This document shows positions 61,200 to 64,000 of a DNA stretch of 64,000 bases, piece after piece. Origin of the DNA: Eutreptiella sp. 'Long Island Sound 2002'. Lineage: Eukaryota; Protista; Euglenida. The position numbers and the translations under genes were made by a program. The stretch is from NCBI GenBank assembly GCA_964036045.1, contig OZ038378.1:167400001-167464000 (forward strand), read 5' to 3'. How positions within the stretch are numbered: position 1 is the first letter of the stretch; the number at the start of each line of letters is the position of its first letter. The notes under the pieces were generated by a model, which ran no database searches, was not told the origin of the DNA, and was given only the letters and a program-made list of their open reading frames with translations.

Positions 61200-64000
61200 G
61201 TCTCGTGCGTGCGCGGAGGGGGTCTGGTGAGAGGCATCCCCCCCCCCCCGGCGAACGAACGCCTTGTCCAATGAACACTTCTGTTCGGACCGTATTTTCT
61301 TGGGACCTGAATTAATGAGGTGCCCAGTGAGACTCGTTCGTTAATTGGGTACCGAACGGCGTGTCCAACGGACCCTCCTGTTCGGACCGTATTTTTCGAG
61401 GATTTTATTGTTCGCTGGACACGCGGGGGGGTGGGGGGGGAAGAGATGTGCGTGGGATCCCTGCCTGCCTGCCTGCGCGCGTGCTCCCCCGCACCCTGCA
61501 GGGTAGGGGTGCATCCGGAGAGGGTGGGGAGCCGGACCAGACGTAGACATGTTCTACCTCATACCACGGGCTGGGACAACCCTCGAAAATGGTACGTCAA
61601 ACTTCAGGTCCTCACCACAACAACGTCTGAAAATGTGGCACCAAAGGAAAAGCATCAGAGAGTCTCCCCTGACCATATTGGCAAACCATAAACAAGTTTT
61701 TTGAAGGTTGTATCAGGGTGGTATCATGGTCATACCAAGGCATACCAGGTTGTACCACGGTCGTACCAAGTGTTGCCAAGTCGCACCAGGTCGTAAATTG
61801 TATTTCAGAGCGGAACAAATCACGTTTTTTGTCCAAGTCTGAAGTTCCGTCCTGCCCCCTCCCCCGCTCCCCGTCCACCAGTGCGTCTTGCCATCCGAGA
61901 GCAACGGCAGAAAGGCAGGGCACCGGACAGCACCGGGCCTGAATTAGAATTTGGGGCATGGGTGCAGCCCGCCATTTCCCCAAATTTTTTTAGAGTGTGA
62001 AAAACTTGCTGAAAGTACTGAAGGACACATTGCTTTGGGCCATTTTGGCACACAGACTTTTGGGTCCCAGATCTTCCCTCCAACAACCCCTGCATGCACA
62101 GGCCTGTACAGCACCGCAGGCAGGCTAGGGTAGGGCATTGCTCCTCAGAATACCATTAGAGACAACTCCCCCGGGCTCTATTCTTGGTGTGTTTGCTATG
62201 GAGGCGGTGCGGTTGCAAGGCATCTGCTCCGGCCGAAGGGGCGGGGCCAATGTGGGGGAGATGAGTCCCCAATTTATTTGCAGGGAAGGCAAAGGCATCT
62301 TCTGCATTGGCCTGCCCACTCGGTGTTGTGCATTACATACTGCATATGTGTTTCATGGGGCATTTTTGGTGAGTTGCCACCCTTTTGTTTGCATGTCTTC
62401 TTGACCCCCCCCTGTTTTTGTGCTATCCCGCGTGAGTCAGCCCAGTTGACGTTTTTTGAATGTAGCACTCTATGGGCTCTAGAGGTCAAATTAATAGTGG
62501 CTCCTCACGATGCTGTCGAAGGTAGACTGTAGGAGAACCATTGTCAAACTTTTGTGACAGTTGCAGGGGCCCACAACGCCCGATAATTGGGTCAAAGTTG
62601 CTGAAAACCACTTGCTAGCTCATGCCAAGTGGTGTATGATGAGGTTTGGAATAACACGTTTCTGCCGCATTTTGGACTCTGTTTTGGTCCCAAAATGGCC
62701 CATTTCCAAGGATTTTGGCACTTTCGGAGGGCCAAAGTGGGTCACCATGGGCTCAAATGCCCCCCCACCCCCAAAAAAACTGGTTCAAGGATCTTGGTCG
62801 TTTGGGAACAATTTTGGGAAAGGTCATTTTTGAGCCCTCAGAGAGCCAGTGGACCCTCTTTGGCCACATTTGGTTTGTGCTGCCCTTGTAGGCCCGACCA
62901 TGCCCTGGTACAGGGGTCTAGGCGTCTAGTTGGGCAATTCTCAGGGATGGAAACCACAAAAAGTGGAAGGTTGTGGGTGGATTAGGTGCCCTCGGAATCG
63001 GATGTTGATTCACGTAGCCCAAGGGACAACCCATTCTTGGTTTGGGGCTCTTTGCATCCAAGCGGATTTGAGGCCATTTTGGGGTCATTTTTCAGGTGTT
63101 TGTGGGACGTGTCACGGAGGCCACTGAAGAGCTCTTTGACACAAGGAAACCAAGCCAAACACACAACACGCAATCTATTTTGCAATCTATTTTGCGTTTT
63201 ACGAAAAAAAAATTTGCTGTATTTGACGAAAATTAGGCCGATTTTGGATGGCACCCTCCCAACTTGGCACGCACGCCCCGTGCTGCCACTGGTGAGTTGA
63301 GGGTGCAAATTTTAGGCTTGGGAAGGCCATGCAGCAATACCAACGATGGATCGAGCAGAATAGAGCCCAAAGCGTTGACATAGAGATATTGGCAAAACGG
63401 AAACATGAAGTGCTTGTTGCTTGTTGTTGCTTGTTGCTCCTTGTTGCTTGTCGCTAGCTAGATTTAGGGGCGAGGGGTGTAGAAGAAAATCCGCCAATTT
63501 ATACGCTCCTCCACGATGTAGGCGGGTAGGCTCCCGTCGCTGGTATGTGAGGAAGAATTACAGCACATTCTAGTTGGAATTGCTCGCTGGAGTCTTGGTT
63601 ATGTCCAGCCAACGCAGGCCGTTGAGCAACCAAAAGATCATCCGGATCCGTGATGTGGTGGGGACCCAGACATTTCTGGACAAAGGACCGTTGGAGAACC
63701 CAAAACTCAGAAGATGGTTCGCGCTCCCTGCTCCCTGCTCCCTGCAGTACCTCCAACCCATCTCAGGTCCGGTCAGAATTTAGGTTATTGGTTACCGGGT
63801 TAACGTTAAGCCTTATCTTTACTGTTCTCTTGCACTTGTCTATTTGGCACACAAATCCGTCGCTCCCCTTCCAATCCATCTTCGGTACTCTCCCACTTGG
63901 AGGTCCATTAGTTTCGGGAAATCTTTGTTCTAATCTTCCCATCTCCACTTCGTCAGAGTCGTGTAAGGGTCCGCCTTGAGAAATAAGTCTAAATGTATGT

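Noticed and set aside
63522-63617. ARWSLGYV as the apyrase ACR5 exon
   Set aside because: It is in a splice-compatible frame, but codon usage is AT-rich unlike exons 1-3 and the flanking residues do not fit the family. Left as an unproven candidate.

Overview
This window is eukaryotic nuclear DNA, very probably from a euglenid. A near-exact copy of the Euglena-type spliced leader sits at 50362-50387, genes carry GT-AG introns, and there is a euglenozoan-style inactive calpain. Five genes can be supported amid C/G-run-rich repeats and retroelement relics. (1) An intronless calpain-like pseudoprotease (7334-9445, -). (2) A four-exon gene, join(11844..13332,14261..14706,14974..15303,18136..18381), 836 aa, that fuses a bacterial-type YjjI/DUF3029 glycyl radical enzyme to its YjjW-type radical-SAM activase behind an Arg-rich, mitochondrial-like presequence. 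This is the standout finding, and the fusion junction lies inside one exon, so it does not depend on my splice model. (3) A multi-exon R-S-E ADP-ribosyltransferase with about 12 ankyrin repeats (28607 to at least 34371, +). (4) An intronless NIF3 gene (50405-51463, +) preceded by a genomic spliced-leader relic, which suggests a retrogene. (5) A signal-peptide GDA1/CD39 apyrase (58667 to at least 61199, +) whose last exon was not securely found. Repeats include a hAT-type MITE with TIRs and an 8-bp TSD, a ~103-bp satellite array, a 31-bp minisatellite, a 444-bp TGT/TGC tract and LINE-like fragments. Family assignments come from motif recognition and recalled reference sequences, not from database searches. 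Exon joins are manual predictions.
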